Positions 9,367 to 19,263 of a stretch of 64,000 nt of DNA are shown piece by piece (the stretch's first letter is position 1; each line of letters starts with the position of its first letter). The DNA is from an uncultured Sphaerochaeta sp. (GTDB taxonomy: Bacteria > Spirochaetota > Spirochaetia > Sphaerochaetales > Sphaerochaetaceae), in NCBI RefSeq assembly GCF_963676285.2, contig NZ_CAXXEN010000002.1, forward strand, positions 1,896,803-1,960,802. The letters run 5' to 3'. Below the pieces are notes generated by a model. It was given only the letters and a program-made list of their open reading frames with translations, had not been told where the DNA came from and made no database searches. The position numbers and the translations under genes are program-made.

Positions 9367-11880
9367 TTAGGTCCGTTTAACTGCATCCTGGAGAGCTGTA
9401 TCTTCGCTGAGATCCTTCTCTACAGGACATGCATCAATATTCCATATCTCTTTTGCATATTGGGCAATGGTTCTATCACTAGAGAACTTGCCGCTTGATG
9501 CAATGTTCAACACTGCCATTCTATTCCAGGCATCCCTGTCTCCCTTATAGAGTTCCCTTGCCTTACGGTGTGCATCGCTGTACATCCTGAGGTCTGCAAA
9601 ATGGTAGTATCTATCACCTTCCTCAAACAAGCTCCTGCGTAGTGGTTCAAAGATATTTGGTTCATTGATGTTGAAGTAGCCGCTGAAGAGCAAGTCAATT
9701 GCATCCTTCACCTCTTTGTCATTCATCACCAATGTGAATGGATCGTATGAGAGGCTCAATTTCTGGATTTCCTCTTCTGTGTTGCCGAAGATGAACATGT
9801 TCTCTTCACCAACTTCCTGGGCGATCTCAATGTTTGCACCATCCATGGTCCCTATGGTCAGGGCACCATTGCACATGAACTTCATGTTTCCTGTTCCTGA
9901 GGCTTCCGTTCCAGCTGTTGATATCTGCTCAGAAAGGTTTGTGGCTGGAATAATGGCCTCTGCCATCGAGACCCGGTAGTTTGGCATGAAATGTATGGCA
10001 AGGCGGTCATTTGTTGCCGGATCTGCATTGATCACCTTTGCTATATTGTTTATCAGCTTAATGATCAGTTTCGCATTGACATATCCCGGGGCTGCTTTTC
10101 CTCCAAAGAGGAAGGATGTGGGTTCCATGTCTTTCGTGGCAGCTCCACCCGTCTTCAGGTCATTGTACATGAGCAGTATGTTCAAGGCATTGAGTAACTG
10201 TCGCTTGTACTCATGGATTCTTTTTACCTGGACATCAAAGAACGTGTTTGGATTGATGACCATGTTGCTGTCCTTCTGCAGGAAGGCAGCTGCATGAATC
10301 TTGTTCTCCTGCTTGATTGCTGCAAAATCAGCGAGGAAGTTCTTGTCCTCAGCGAACGGTTTGAGTTTTTCAATCTGGTTGTAGTCCGTGATCCAGCCAT
10401 CACCTATGGCACTGTTTATCAGTGCTGCAAGTTTGGGGTTTGAAGCAAGTAACCATCGGCGCTGGGTAATGCCGTTCGTCTTGTTGTTGAAACGGTCCTT
10501 GAAGATAAGATTGAACTGCGGGAACATGGACTTCTTCAACAACTGTGAGTGTAATTCCGCAACCCCATTGGTGCTGTGACTTCCAATGATGGCCAGATGT
10601 GCCATACGAACCTGTTTAGGGTTTGTCTCTTCAATTATGCTTATCTTACTGAGCATTTGTGGCTGAAGAGGGAAGTAGGAGACTGCCTGTTGCAGGAATC
10701 GGTGATTGATCTCGAAGATGATCTGCATATGACGGGGAAGTATCTTCTGCAACATGGGCAGTGACCATTTCTCAAGTGCTTCCGGCATTAAGGTATGGTT
10801 GGTGTACCCCATGGTCTTCACGGTAATCTCCCATGCTTTATCCCAGTCGAGGTTTTCTTCATCAATAAGGAGACGCATCAATTCAGGCACTGCAAGGGAT
10901 GGGTGTGTGTCATTAAGTTGGATTGCTGCATAGTCTGGGAGTACTCCCCAGTTGCTCTCTTTCCGTTTAAAACAGTTGATGATGTCAGCTAGGGAACAGG
11001 CTACAAAGAAGTACTGTTGTTTGAGTCTCAGCTCCTTACCCATGTAAAGAGTGTCATTTGGGTAGAGTACTTGGCTTAGGTTCTCTGCGCTGATTTTTGA
11101 ACGGACAGCCTCAGTGTAATCACCGTCATTGAATTCATGGAAATTGAACTCTTCCGGGCTTTTGGCAGACCAGAGGCGAAGTGTGTTCACCGTCTTGCAT
11201 CCATAACCGATGATTGGTGTATCGTAGGCAACGCCGTTGACCACTTCTGAGCCACTCCACTTGAAACGATCACGTCCATGTTCCCTGATTACCTGGACTT
11301 CTCCACCGAATTGGACGGGGTACACTACATCTGGTCTGTGGATTTCCCAAGGATTGCCATCACGCAACCAGTTATCCGGTTGTTCTGCTTGCCATCCATT
11401 CTTGATTTGTTGGCGGAAAATCCCATAATTATAACGAATTCCATATCCGTACGCGGGAATCTCAAGAGTAGCAAGGGAGTCTAGGAAACAAGCAGCAAGT
11501 CTGCCGAGTCCCCCATTTCCCAGGCCAGCATCCGGTTCCACTTCGCAGAGTTCCTCATAGGTATAGCCCAGTGAGGAGAGGGCTTCCATCACTTCATTCT
11601 CGATACCGAGGTTGATGATGTTGTTCGTCATCGCCCTTCCCATGAGAAATTCCAGAGAGAGGTAGTAGACCCTTTTTGCCCCGTTTGCACGTTGGGTTTT
11701 TCGACTCTGGTTCCATTGATGGATGATTCTATCCCGAACTGAGAGTGCGAGGGCTGTATAACGCCCTTCTTTGGTGGTATGATAAATATCTGCATCCTGA
11801 CTGTACTTGAGATGTTCAGCAAAGTCTTGGGCGATGTCTTTGGCACGATGACCGTACTTGGTTTTTTGTTGATCCTGCAT
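9367..11880 (-). CDS. glgP: Glycogen/starch phosphorylase
   Basis: LGNGGLGRLAACFLDS, QLNDTHP, KRIHEYKRQ, EASGTGNMKF (PLP lysine), TLGTMDGAN-like motif; ATG 11880 with AAGGAG SD. Confidence 0.95.
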   Translation of the reverse strand: MQDQQKTKYGHRAKDIAQDFAEHLKYSQDADIYHTTKEGRYTALALSVRDRIIHQWNQSRKTQRANGAKRVYYLSLEFLMGRAMTNNIINLGIENEVMEALSSLGYTYEELCEVEPDAGLGNGGLGRLAACFLDSLATLEIPAYGYGIRYNYGIFRQQIKNGWQAEQPDNWLRDGNPWEIHRPDVVYPVQFGGEVQVIREHGRDRFKWSGSEVVNGVAYDTPIIGYGCKTVNTLRLWSAKSPEEFNFHEFNDGDYTEAVRSKISAENLSQVLYPNDTLYMGKELRLKQQYFFVACSLADIINCFKRKESNWGVLPDYAAIQLNDTHPSLAVPELMRLLIDEENLDWDKAWEITVKTMGYTNHTLMPEALEKWSLPMLQKILPRHMQIIFEINHRFLQQAVSYFPLQPQMLSKISIIEETNPKQVRMAHLAIIGSHSTNGVAELHSQLLKKSMFPQFNLIFKDRFNNKTNGITQRRWLLASNPKLAALINSAIGDGWITDYNQIEKLKPFAEDKNFLADFAAIKQENKIHAAAFLQKDSNMVINPNTFFDVQVKRIHEYKRQLLNALNILLMYNDLKTGGAATKDMEPTSFLFGGKAAPGYVNAKLIIKLINNIAKVINADPATNDRLAIHFMPNYRVSMAEAIIPATNLSEQISTAGTEASGTGNMKFMCNGALTIGTMDGANIEIAQEVGEENMFIFGNTEEEIQKLSLSYDPFTLVMNDKEVKDAIDLLFSGYFNINEPNIFEPLRRSLFEEGDRYYHFADLRMYSDAHRKARELYKGDRDAWNRMAVLNIASSGKFSSDRTIAQYAKEIWNIDACPVEKDLSEDTALQDAVKRT

Positions 11881-11982
11881 AGGAACTCCTTGTGTTTCGT
11901 ACAAATAGCACACCTCCACTATATAAGATTGGTGTTTTCTGGGCAACTGGTTCAATTTTTTCTTCTTTCTTGAACAGGTATA

Positions 11983-12011
11983 TTGACAAAAGACCTGCTC
12001 TTTGGTAAGTT
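11983..12011 (+). promoter_or_regulatory. Sigma70 promoter for tRNA-Thr/rpmG/tRNA-Trp/secE/nusG
   Basis: TTGACA, 17 bp, TAAGTT with extended -10 TG. Confidence 0.65.
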
Positions 12012-12066
12012 TGCTTCTGCATGTTGCAGGTTGGTACGCTCGTGGATTTGCCTGCATATGACCGAC

Positions 12067-12139
12067 GCCCTTGTAGCTCAGTCGGTAGAGCACCACCATG
12101 GTAAGGTGGGGGTCAACGGTTCAAATCCGTTCGAGGGCT
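12067..12139 (+). tRNA. tRNA-Thr (GGT)
   Basis: Acceptor GCCCTTG/CGAGGGC, D arm AGCTCAGTCGGTAGAGC, anticodon arm CCACC-ATGGTAA-GGTGG, T loop GGTTCAAATCC; CCA not encoded. Confidence 0.96.
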
Positions 12140-12201
12140 CTTTTTTTATCCCCTTCCAATGGGGAGTGGAATTGAGGTGAAAACTCACCGAGGAGCACGT
12201 A

Positions 12202-12381
12202 ATGGCTGATTCAAAGAAAAAAGGTCCTGTTGAGAAAATTGCTCTTCAGTGCACCGAATGTAAGCAGAAAAATTACACTACCGAGAAGAATCGGAGAAAT
12301 ACTCAGGGTAAGCTTGAGTTAAAGAAGTATTGTCCGTTCGAGCGCAAGCACACCTTGCACCGCGAGGCAAAAATTAAATAA
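12202..12381 (+). CDS. rpmG: 50S ribosomal protein L33 (missed by ORF track, 59 aa)
   Basis: Hand translation [59 protein letters not shown]; SD GAGGAG. Confidence 0.95.
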   Translation: MADSKKKGPVEKIALQCTECKQKNYTTEKNRRNTQGKLELKKYCPFERKHTLHREAKIK

Positions 12382-12405
12382 GGTTGTTTCGATCGAGAAG
12401 CAAAT

Positions 12406-12479
12406 AGGCCAATAGCTCCAACTGGTAGAGCGCTGGTCTCCAAAACCGGATGTTGAGGGTTCGAATCCTTCTTGGCCTG
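12406..12479 (+). tRNA. tRNA-Trp (CCA)
   Basis: Acceptor AGGCCAA/TTGGCCT, anticodon loop CTCCAAA, T loop GGTTCGAATCC; conserved position before secE. Confidence 0.96.
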
Positions 12480-12515
12480 TTAGCTTCTCGATCTTTTCCC
12501 TCAAGGAGCCCTTCA

Positions 12516-12695
12516 ATGAAGAAGCTATTTAAGTATTTCAAGGAGTCTTTCCAGGAACTGAAAAAGGTTGTCTGGCCCTCCCGTGAAGCTGTCATTTCTT
12601 CCACAAAGGTCGTACTTGTGTCTACAGCCATCGTTGCAATATTCCTTGGGTTGGTGGACTTCCTCCTGCTTAAAGGTGTATTGTTTATTCTGTAA
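12516..12695 (+). CDS. secE: Preprotein translocase subunit SecE
   Basis: ELKKVVWPSR motif plus one TM helix; ATG 12516 after AAGGAG. Confidence 0.93.
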   Translation: MKKLFKYFKESFQELKKVVWPSREAVISSTKVVLVSTAIVAIFLGLVDFLLLKGVLFIL

Positions 12696-12704
12696 GGCGG
12701 AGTC

Positions 12705-13265
12705 ATGGCTAAAGGCTGGTACGTAGTACACACATATTCTGGGTACGAACAGAAGATTGAGCGAATCATCAACAAGATGCGCGAGACCGATATGGACTTC
12801 GCGCTTGTTTGTACTGATGTCAAAGTTCCTTTCGAAACCGTAGTAGAGGTTAAGGAAGGGGTAAGACGTGAGGTGAAGCGTAAAATTCTTCCCGGCTATA
12901 TCCTGGTTGAGCTAGATCTGCCCGATACAAGTTGGAAGACCTGGTGCTCTCACATCAAGCGTATACAGGGTGTTACCGGGTTTGTAAGCCCGAGTGACAG
13001 CGTTAAGCCGCAACCCCTATCAGCTGCAGAAGTGAAGAACCTATTTCAGAAGACGGGTGATCTTCCTGCTGAGAAAGTGTTCAAGCCTAAGCAGACCTTC
13101 TCCATCGGGGAGCAGGTACGCATAATTGACGGTCCCTTCGATTCCTTCACCGGGGTTATCGAGGAAGTCAATCTGGAAAAGGCCCGTATGCGGGTCAGCG
13201 TTGGAATTTTCGGACGCTCCACTCCGGTTGAGGTGGATTTCCTCCAAGTAGAAAAGATTCTGTAG
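12705..13265 (+). CDS. nusG: Transcription termination/antitermination factor NusG
   Basis: WYVVHTYSGYE, PGYILVE, KOW motif GEQVRIIDGPFDSFTG, IFGRSTPVE. Confidence 0.97.
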   Translation: MAKGWYVVHTYSGYEQKIERIINKMRETDMDFALVCTDVKVPFETVVEVKEGVRREVKRKILPGYILVELDLPDTSWKTWCSHIKRIQGVTGFVSPSDSVKPQPLSAAEVKNLFQKTGDLPAEKVFKPKQTFSIGEQVRIIDGPFDSFTGVIEEVNLEKARMRVSVGIFGRSTPVEVDFLQVEKIL

Positions 13266-13355
13266 TAGTCTTTGGACTGGATTACTGCACGAGATTTTTC
13301 TGTTCTTTTACAACCGAGTCCATTTGTTTGTGATTACTCCCTCATTGTAAGATGA

Positions 13356-13390
13356 GGTGGGAGCCTGATCGTATGACAGGCGTTAATACC
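13356..13390 (+). promoter_or_regulatory. L1-binding autoregulatory mRNA element in rplK leader
   Basis: GGTGGGAGCCTG...CAGGCGTTAATACC matches the enterobacterial rplK leader GGGAGCCT...AGGCGTTATTACC architecture. Confidence 0.75.
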
Positions 13391-13439
13391 AGCGCACAAT
13401 CCAATCCATAGGTTGGATTTATTGCGTAAGGAGAGAAAC

Positions 13440-13871
13440 ATGGCAAAGAAAAAGGTGTCTGCAATTATTAAGTTGCAGTGCCCTGCCCAGAAGGCTACGC
13501 CGGCACCCCCAATTGGGCCCGCGCTTGGACCCCATGGTGTCAGTGCCCCTAAGTTTGTCCAGGAGTTCAATGACAAGACAAAGAACTACGAACCTGGGCT
13601 CATTCTTCCCGTTATCATCACTGTTTATGCCGACAAGAGCTTCACGTTCATCCTGAAGACTCCCCCTGCTGCAGTACTCATCAAGAAGGCTCTTGGTCTG
13701 AGTAGTGGTAGTGGAAGTCCCAACAAGGTGAAGGTTGGCAAGCTCTCACAGGACCAGCTGACTGAAATCGCAACAACCAAATTGAAGGACCTCAATGCAA
13801 ATGACATCGAGGCTGCAAAGAGAATTGTTGCTGGAACAGCCCGCAGCATGGGTGTAGAGGTGGAGCAATAG
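13440..13871 (+). CDS. rplK: 50S ribosomal protein L11
   Basis: [27 protein letters not shown]; start ATG 13440. Confidence 0.97.
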   Translation: MAKKKVSAIIKLQCPAQKATPAPPIGPALGPHGVSAPKFVQEFNDKTKNYEPGLILPVIITVYADKSFTFILKTPPAAVLIKKALGLSSGSGSPNKVKVGKLSQDQLTEIATTKLKDLNANDIEAAKRIVAGTARSMGVEVEQ

Positions 13872-13872
13872 T

Positions 13873-14562
13873 ATGAAACACGGAAAGAAGTATCGAGAAG
13901 CAATTAAAAATGTTGACCGTGAGAAGCTCTATACATTTGATGAAGCAGCAGCTTTGGTAAAAGAGCTTGCTTTCGCTTCATTTGATGAGACTGTTGAGGT
14001 ATCTGTTAAGCTGACCCTCAAGAAAAGCCAGAGTGTTCGTGACACGGTAGTCCTTCCCAATCAGTTTTCCGCCCAGAAGCGTATCCTTGTATTCGCTAAG
14101 GGAGAGAAGGCAGAAGAAGCTCGTGAAGCTGGTGCAGCCTATGTTGGCGACAATGACCTGATCGAGAAGATTCGTGGTGGTTGGATGGATTTCGATGTGG
14201 CAGTCGCCACTCCTGACATGATGAAGGACGTTGGTCGTCTTGGTCCGATTCTTGGTCGCCGAGGCTTGATGCCGAACCCCAAGACCCAGACTGTAACTTT
14301 TGACGTCAAGGGTGCTCTTGCTGAGCTTTCCCAAGGTCGTGTCGAGTTCCGTTCTGACAAGACAAACGTTGTCCACCTTCCCATCGGTAAGGTCTCCATG
14401 GATCCTGCTTTGGTAAGTGAAAACGCCAAATCTGTTGTCAAGGAAATCGTCCGTAAGAAGCCATCTGACGCAAAGGCTGACTTCGTGGTCAGTATCGCAC
14501 TTTCCTCCACCATGGGTCCGGGAGTCCGGGTCAATGTGAAGGATATGTCGGCCACGGTGTAA
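13873..14562 (+). CDS. rplA: 50S ribosomal protein L1
   Basis: LGPRG-like [18 protein letters not shown]. Confidence 0.97.
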   Translation: MKHGKKYREAIKNVDREKLYTFDEAAALVKELAFASFDETVEVSVKLTLKKSQSVRDTVVLPNQFSAQKRILVFAKGEKAEEAREAGAAYVGDNDLIEKIRGGWMDFDVAVATPDMMKDVGRLGPILGRRGLMPNPKTQTVTFDVKGALAELSQGRVEFRSDKTNVVHLPIGKVSMDPALVSENAKSVVKEIVRKKPSDAKADFVVSIALSSTMGPGVRVNVKDMSATV

Positions 14563-14577
14563 GAGGAGAAGCATAGT

Positions 14578-15105
14578 ATGGATCATAAAACTCGTATTAC
14601 CCCTGCGAAGGAAGAGGCCGTCAAGGCTTTGAAAGATGAGTTCAGCCAGTACACCGGGTATATCTTCACCGATTACCGTGGTATGACTGTTGAACAGATC
14701 ACCAAGCTTCGCAGAACTCTTATGGAAAAGGATGCAGCATTCCGTGTTGTAAAGAACCGGTTTGCAAAGATTGCACTCACAGACCTGGATAGAACTGCTG
14801 ATGAGCAGCTTATTGGACCCACTGCTATCGCTCTGGTGAAAGGTGATGAGGCCAATGTTGTTGCCAAGGATCTGTTTGCGATCAAGAAAGAGGGTGCTTC
14901 CATTGAAGTGAAAGGCGCTCTTCTTGATGGTGAATTCTATAATGCCGAGCAGATTGAGGCTTTCAGCAAGCTCCCAACCAGATTGGAACTGATTGCATCC
15001 TTGATGGGAACCATGAAGGCTCCCGTGCAGAAGCTGGCAGCAACCTTGCTTGCCTATGTCGAGAACAATGGTGGCTCAGTAGAGTCTGCCAGCGAAGAGA
15101 ACTAG
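14578..15105 (+). CDS. rplJ: 50S ribosomal protein L10
   Basis: DYRGMTVEQITKLR, VVKNRFAKIA, GPTAIA, SKLPTR. Confidence 0.96.
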   Translation: MDHKTRITPAKEEAVKALKDEFSQYTGYIFTDYRGMTVEQITKLRRTLMEKDAAFRVVKNRFAKIALTDLDRTADEQLIGPTAIALVKGDEANVVAKDLFAIKKEGASIEVKGALLDGEFYNAEQIEAFSKLPTRLELIASLMGTMKAPVQKLAATLLAYVENNGGSVESASEEN

Positions 15106-15176
15106 ACACAGTCTTAGTCTTCACAGGTAACCTGCTATGACTGTGTAGATAGAAAACTGTATAAGGAGAAGATAAT

Positions 15177-15557
15177 ATGGCTACTAAAGAAGAGATTTTG
15201 GAATCAATCGCAAGTATGTCCGTCATGGAGGTCGCTGACCTCATCAAGATGATGGAAGAGAAGTTCGGCGTCCAGGCTGCAGCTGCTGCTGTTGCTGCTG
15301 GTCCTGCAGCTGCTGCTGAAGCAGTTGAAGAGCCGACCGAATTCAACGTCATCCTCAAGGCTGCAGATCCTTCCAAGAAGATTGCTGCCATCAAGGAAGT
15401 CCGTGCTATCACCGGCCTCGGCCTGAAGGAAGCAAAGGAACTTGTTGAGGCTGGCGATAAGGTTGTCAAGGAAGCTGTCAGCAAGGCAGACGCAGATGCA
15501 CTCAAGGAGAAGCTTGAGGCTACTGGCTGTACTGTTGAGGTCAAGCCCGTTGACTAA
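15177..15557 (+). CDS. rplL: 50S ribosomal protein L7/L12
   Basis: [10 protein letters not shown] hinge, [20 protein letters not shown]. Confidence 0.97.
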   Translation: MATKEEILESIASMSVMEVADLIKMMEEKFGVQAAAAAVAAGPAAAAEAVEEPTEFNVILKAADPSKKIAAIKEVRAITGLGLKEAKELVEAGDKVVKEAVSKADADALKEKLEATGCTVEVKPVD

Positions 15558-15726
15558 TCTGAGCCTGGGGAGCCAGGCAACCCCTGGTTCCCAGCTCTTG
15601 TTCTTTGTAAGAGGGCTTTAGCCCGGTTCACCAAGCCACCGGATAGACACCGGTGGCCAACTGTGTCTTTGTTTTCCTTGTTATGCAAGGGATTATGTCT
15701 GTTTTTCTTTTGACTTTGGAGGGTAC

Positions 15727-18700
15727 ATGATGGTTGCCAACGGCAAATCCATAACACGCACGTACATCGGTTCTGAACTACATGAAGTCTGTGAACTTCC
15801 CAACTTGATTGGAGTCCAGCTCGATTCCTACGAGAGGTTCCTGCAGCTGGATCGCTGTCTGAAAGGACTGGCGCCAGATCCGTCGTACGGGCTGGAGGAA
15901 GTGTTCCAGTCAACATTCCCCATTGATAGTCCCAATGGCGAGATGCGTCTCGCTTACAAAGGGTATACAATCGACTATGACAACATCAAGTTCTCCCAAA
16001 TGGAGTGCAAGAAGAAGGGTCGATCATATAGCGTACCCATCAAAGTCACGATCAGCCTCGAGTTCTCCAATGGAGAGATGAGAGAGAAGGAAATCTTCTT
16101 TGGGGATATCCCGCTGATGACCGATCGTGGCACATTTATTATCAACGGTGCAGAGCGCGTTGTGGTCAGTCAGATCCACCGTTCTCCCGGTGTCATTTTT
16201 TCCAACGAAAAAGATGTCTACTCTTCCAGGATCATTCCTTATAGAGGTTCTTGGCTGGAGTTTGAGATTGATGATAAGAAGCATCTCATCTATACCAAGA
16301 TTGATCGTAAGAAGCGTATCCTCGGTACGCTCTTCCTGCGTGCAATTGGTTTGGATACTCGTGAGAAGATTCTTGAGCACTTCTACACAGGTGAAATGGT
16401 TGACCTGGTAGACGATGGTGATTTCAAGTCAAGCTTGGAGAATCGTTATCTTTACAAGGATGTATATGCAACAGTTGATGGAGCATCCAAGAAAGTGCTC
16501 CGAGCTGGTGATATGCTGCATGCCCACGAGATTGATGAACTACTTGAGCTGAAAGTAACTTCTGTAGAGTTGGTGAATCTCCGTGGAGAGGGTACGCTCC
16601 ACAGCGATATGATTCTCAACTGTTTCGAGATCGAGGATGCCAAATATACCCGTGAAGGCTATGATGAACCGACCAAGGAAGATGTGCTTTCTCCAATTTT
16701 CTCAGTCTTGATGCCTGGTGAAATGATAGCCATTGAGCGTGCAGAGCGTGACCTTCCGGACATGTTCTTCTCAAGTCGTCGTTATGACCTTGGGTCTGTA
16801 GGCCGATATAAGTTCAACAAGAAGTTCGGAACTGGTAGTGAAGAGGAAGAAGAAATGGCTTCCACCGATCTGACCGTCCTTACTCCGCAGGATATCGTCA
16901 ATACGATGGGATTCCTGATCAAGGTGTTCATCCGTGAGGAAAATGTCGATGACATTGACCACCTCGGCAATCGTCGTGTTCGCTCCGTTGGAGAGCTTTT
17001 GCAGAATGCCCTTAAGAGTGCGTTTGCCCGTATGGAACGTATTGCAAAGGAGCGCATGAATCTCGAGTCAGGTTCTGTAAAACCACAGGACCTTATCTCC
17101 ATTAAGCCAATTATTGCAGCCATCAAGGAATTCTTCGGTAGTAGCCAGCTCTCCCAGTTCATGGACCAGGTTAACCCGCTTGCTGAGCTCACCCATAAGC
17201 GAAGGCTCAATGCATTGGGACCAGGTGGTTTGAGCCGTGACCGTGCTGGATTTGAGGTACGTGACGTTCACTACACCCATTATGGAAGAATTTGTCCTAT
17301 TGAGACTCCTGAAGGACCAAACATCGGTCTTATTGTCTCATTGGCAAACTATACCCGTATCAATCAGCACGGATTCTTGGAATCTCCATACCGAAAGGTA
17401 GTCAACGGAGTCGTATCCAAGCAGTACCGTTATCTTGATGCAAATGATGAGGAGAAGTTCTTCATTGCCCAGGCGAATGCCAAGGTTGATGGAGATGGAA
17501 ACTTCATCGACAAGGAAATTCCGGTTCGTCGTAGTGGGGATTACTCCACAAAGCCGGCAACCGATATCAAATACATTGACGTTTCTCCCAAGCAGGTACT
17601 CAGTGTTGCAGCATCCTTGATTCCATTCCTTGAGCACGATGACGCAAACCGTGCATTGATGGGATCAAACATGCAGCGCCAGGCTGTACCTCTTGTATTC
17701 CCAGAGACGCCAAGAGTTGGAACAGGTATAGAAGGAAAGGCTGCTTACGATAGTGGCGTCCTGGTCAAGGCTAAACGTGCAGGAACCATTGCCTATGTCA
17801 GTGCTGAGAAAGTGGTGATCAGTGTTGATGATGCTGAGATTGAGGGTGAGGTTGATGTCTACCCAATCCAGAAGTTCCAGAGAACCAACCAAGATACCTG
17901 TTTTAACCAAAAGCCGATTGTTTCCTTCGGGCAGCATGTTGAAGCTGGAGCAGTTCTTGCTGACGGTCCTGCAACCCAGGAAGGGGAGCTGGCTCTTGGT
18001 AGGAATATTCTCGTTGGATTCGTGCCTTGGCACGGGTACAACTATGAGGATGCGGTCCTGATCAGTGAGCGTGTTGTCAAGGATGACATTTTCACCAGTG
18101 TCCATATCAAGGAGTTCACTACAGATATTCGTGAGACCAAGCTTGGTCCCGAGAAGCTTACCCGTGATATTCCAAACACCAGTGAAAAGATGCTCGAACA
18201 GCTTGATGAGGACGGCATCGTCCGCATTGGGACCATGGTCCGCCCCGGATCAATCATGGTTGGAAAGGTAACTCCGAAGAGTGAGAGTGATACAACCCCT
18301 GAATTCAAGTTGCTCAACTCAATCTTTGGTGAGAAGGCGAAAGAAGTTCGTGATACTTCCTTGAAAGTACCCCACGGTACCGAAGGAACAGTCATTGACA
18401 TCCAGCGCTTGAAGCGCAGCAACAATGATGAGCTTCCCCCAGGTGTTGAGGAGACCGTCAAGGTTCTTATTGCAACCAAGCGAAAACTTCGACAGGGTGA
18501 CAAGATGGCTGGTCGACACGGAAACAAGGGTGTTGTCAGCCGGATCCTTCCTGAAGAGGATATGCCGTTCATGGAGGATGGTACCCCGCTTGATGTTTGT
18601 TTGAACCCACTCGGTGTTCCATCCCGAATGAATATTGGTCAGTTGATGGAGACTCAGCTCGGCTGGGCAGCTGTCAAGCTGGGTGAGTGGTATTCCACTC

Positions 18701-19248
18701 CGGTTTTCCAAAGTGCCACCATGGAACAGATTGAGGAGAAGATGCGCGATGCCGGTCTTCCTGAGAACTCCAAGGTCAAGCTCTATGATGGACAGACCGG
18801 TGTACCGTTCGTCAATCCGGTGTTCTGCGGTTATATTTATTACCTGAAATTGCACCACTTGGTTGATGATAAGATGCATGCTCGTTCCACAGGACCTTAC
18901 TCGCTGGTAACCCAGCAGCCACTTGGTGGTAAGGCCCAGTTTGGTGGCCAGCGTCTTGGAGAAATGGAAGTCTGGGCGCTTGAGGCGTACGGAGCTGCAA
19001 ATACCCTCCAGGAACTCTTGACCATCAAGAGTGATGACATGAACGGTCGTGTCAAGATTTATGAGAGTATTGTCAAGGGTGAACCAGCCTCTACTGCGGG
19101 AATGCCTGAGGCATTCAATGTATTGGTTCAGGAGATCCGTGGCTTGGCTTTGGATATGTCGGTGTATGACTCCAAGGGTCAGCAGGTGCCCCTTACCGAA
19201 CGTGATGAAGAGTTGATCGCCAAGCAGTCGAAAGGCTCCCTCAACTAA
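15727..19248 (+). CDS. rpoB: RNA polymerase beta subunit
   Basis: [52 protein letters not shown]. Confidence 0.98.
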   Translation: MMVANGKSITRTYIGSELHEVCELPNLIGVQLDSYERFLQLDRCLKGLAPDPSYGLEEVFQSTFPIDSPNGEMRLAYKGYTIDYDNIKFSQMECKKKGRSYSVPIKVTISLEFSNGEMREKEIFFGDIPLMTDRGTFIINGAERVVVSQIHRSPGVIFSNEKDVYSSRIIPYRGSWLEFEIDDKKHLIYTKIDRKKRILGTLFLRAIGLDTREKILEHFYTGEMVDLVDDGDFKSSLENRYLYKDVYATVDGASKKVLRAGDMLHAHEIDELLELKVTSVELVNLRGEGTLHSDMILNCFEIEDAKYTREGYDEPTKEDVLSPIFSVLMPGEMIAIERAERDLPDMFFSSRRYDLGSVGRYKFNKKFGTGSEEEEEMASTDLTVLTPQDIVNTMGFLIKVFIREENVDDIDHLGNRRVRSVGELLQNALKSAFARMERIAKERMNLESGSVKPQDLISIKPIIAAIKEFFGSSQLSQFMDQVNPLAELTHKRRLNALGPGGLSRDRAGFEVRDVHYTHYGRICPIETPEGPNIGLIVSLANYTRINQHGFLESPYRKVVNGVVSKQYRYLDANDEEKFFIAQANAKVDGDGNFIDKEIPVRRSGDYSTKPATDIKYIDVSPKQVLSVAASLIPFLEHDDANRALMGSNMQRQAVPLVFPETPRVGTGIEGKAAYDSGVLVKAKRAGTIAYVSAEKVVISVDDAEIEGEVDVYPIQKFQRTNQDTCFNQKPIVSFGQHVEAGAVLADGPATQEGELALGRNILVGFVPWHGYNYEDAVLISERVVKDDIFTSVHIKEFTTDIRETKLGPEKLTRDIPNTSEKMLEQLDEDGIVRIGTMVRPGSIMVGKVTPKSESDTTPEFKLLNSIFGEKAKEVRDTSLKVPHGTEGTVIDIQRLKRSNNDELPPGVEETVKVLIATKRKLRQGDKMAGRHGNKGVVSRILPEEDMPFMEDGTPLDVCLNPLGVPSRMNIGQLMETQLGWAAVKLGEWYSTPVFQSATMEQIEEKMRDAGLPENSKVKLYDGQTGVPFVNPVFCGYIYYLKLHHLVDDKMHARSTGPYSLVTQQPLGGKAQFGGQRLGEMEVWALEAYGAANTLQELLTIKSDDMNGRVKIYESIVKGEPASTAGMPEAFNVLVQEIRGLALDMSVYDSKGQQVPLTERDEELIAKQSKGSLN

Positions 19249-19263
19249 CCAGGAGAAATACAG

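Noticed and set aside
11881-12099. 73-aa N-terminal extension of GlgP in the ORF track
   Set aside because: Overlaps tRNA-Thr and its promoter; ATG 11880 has a good SD and gives a normal-sized phosphorylase
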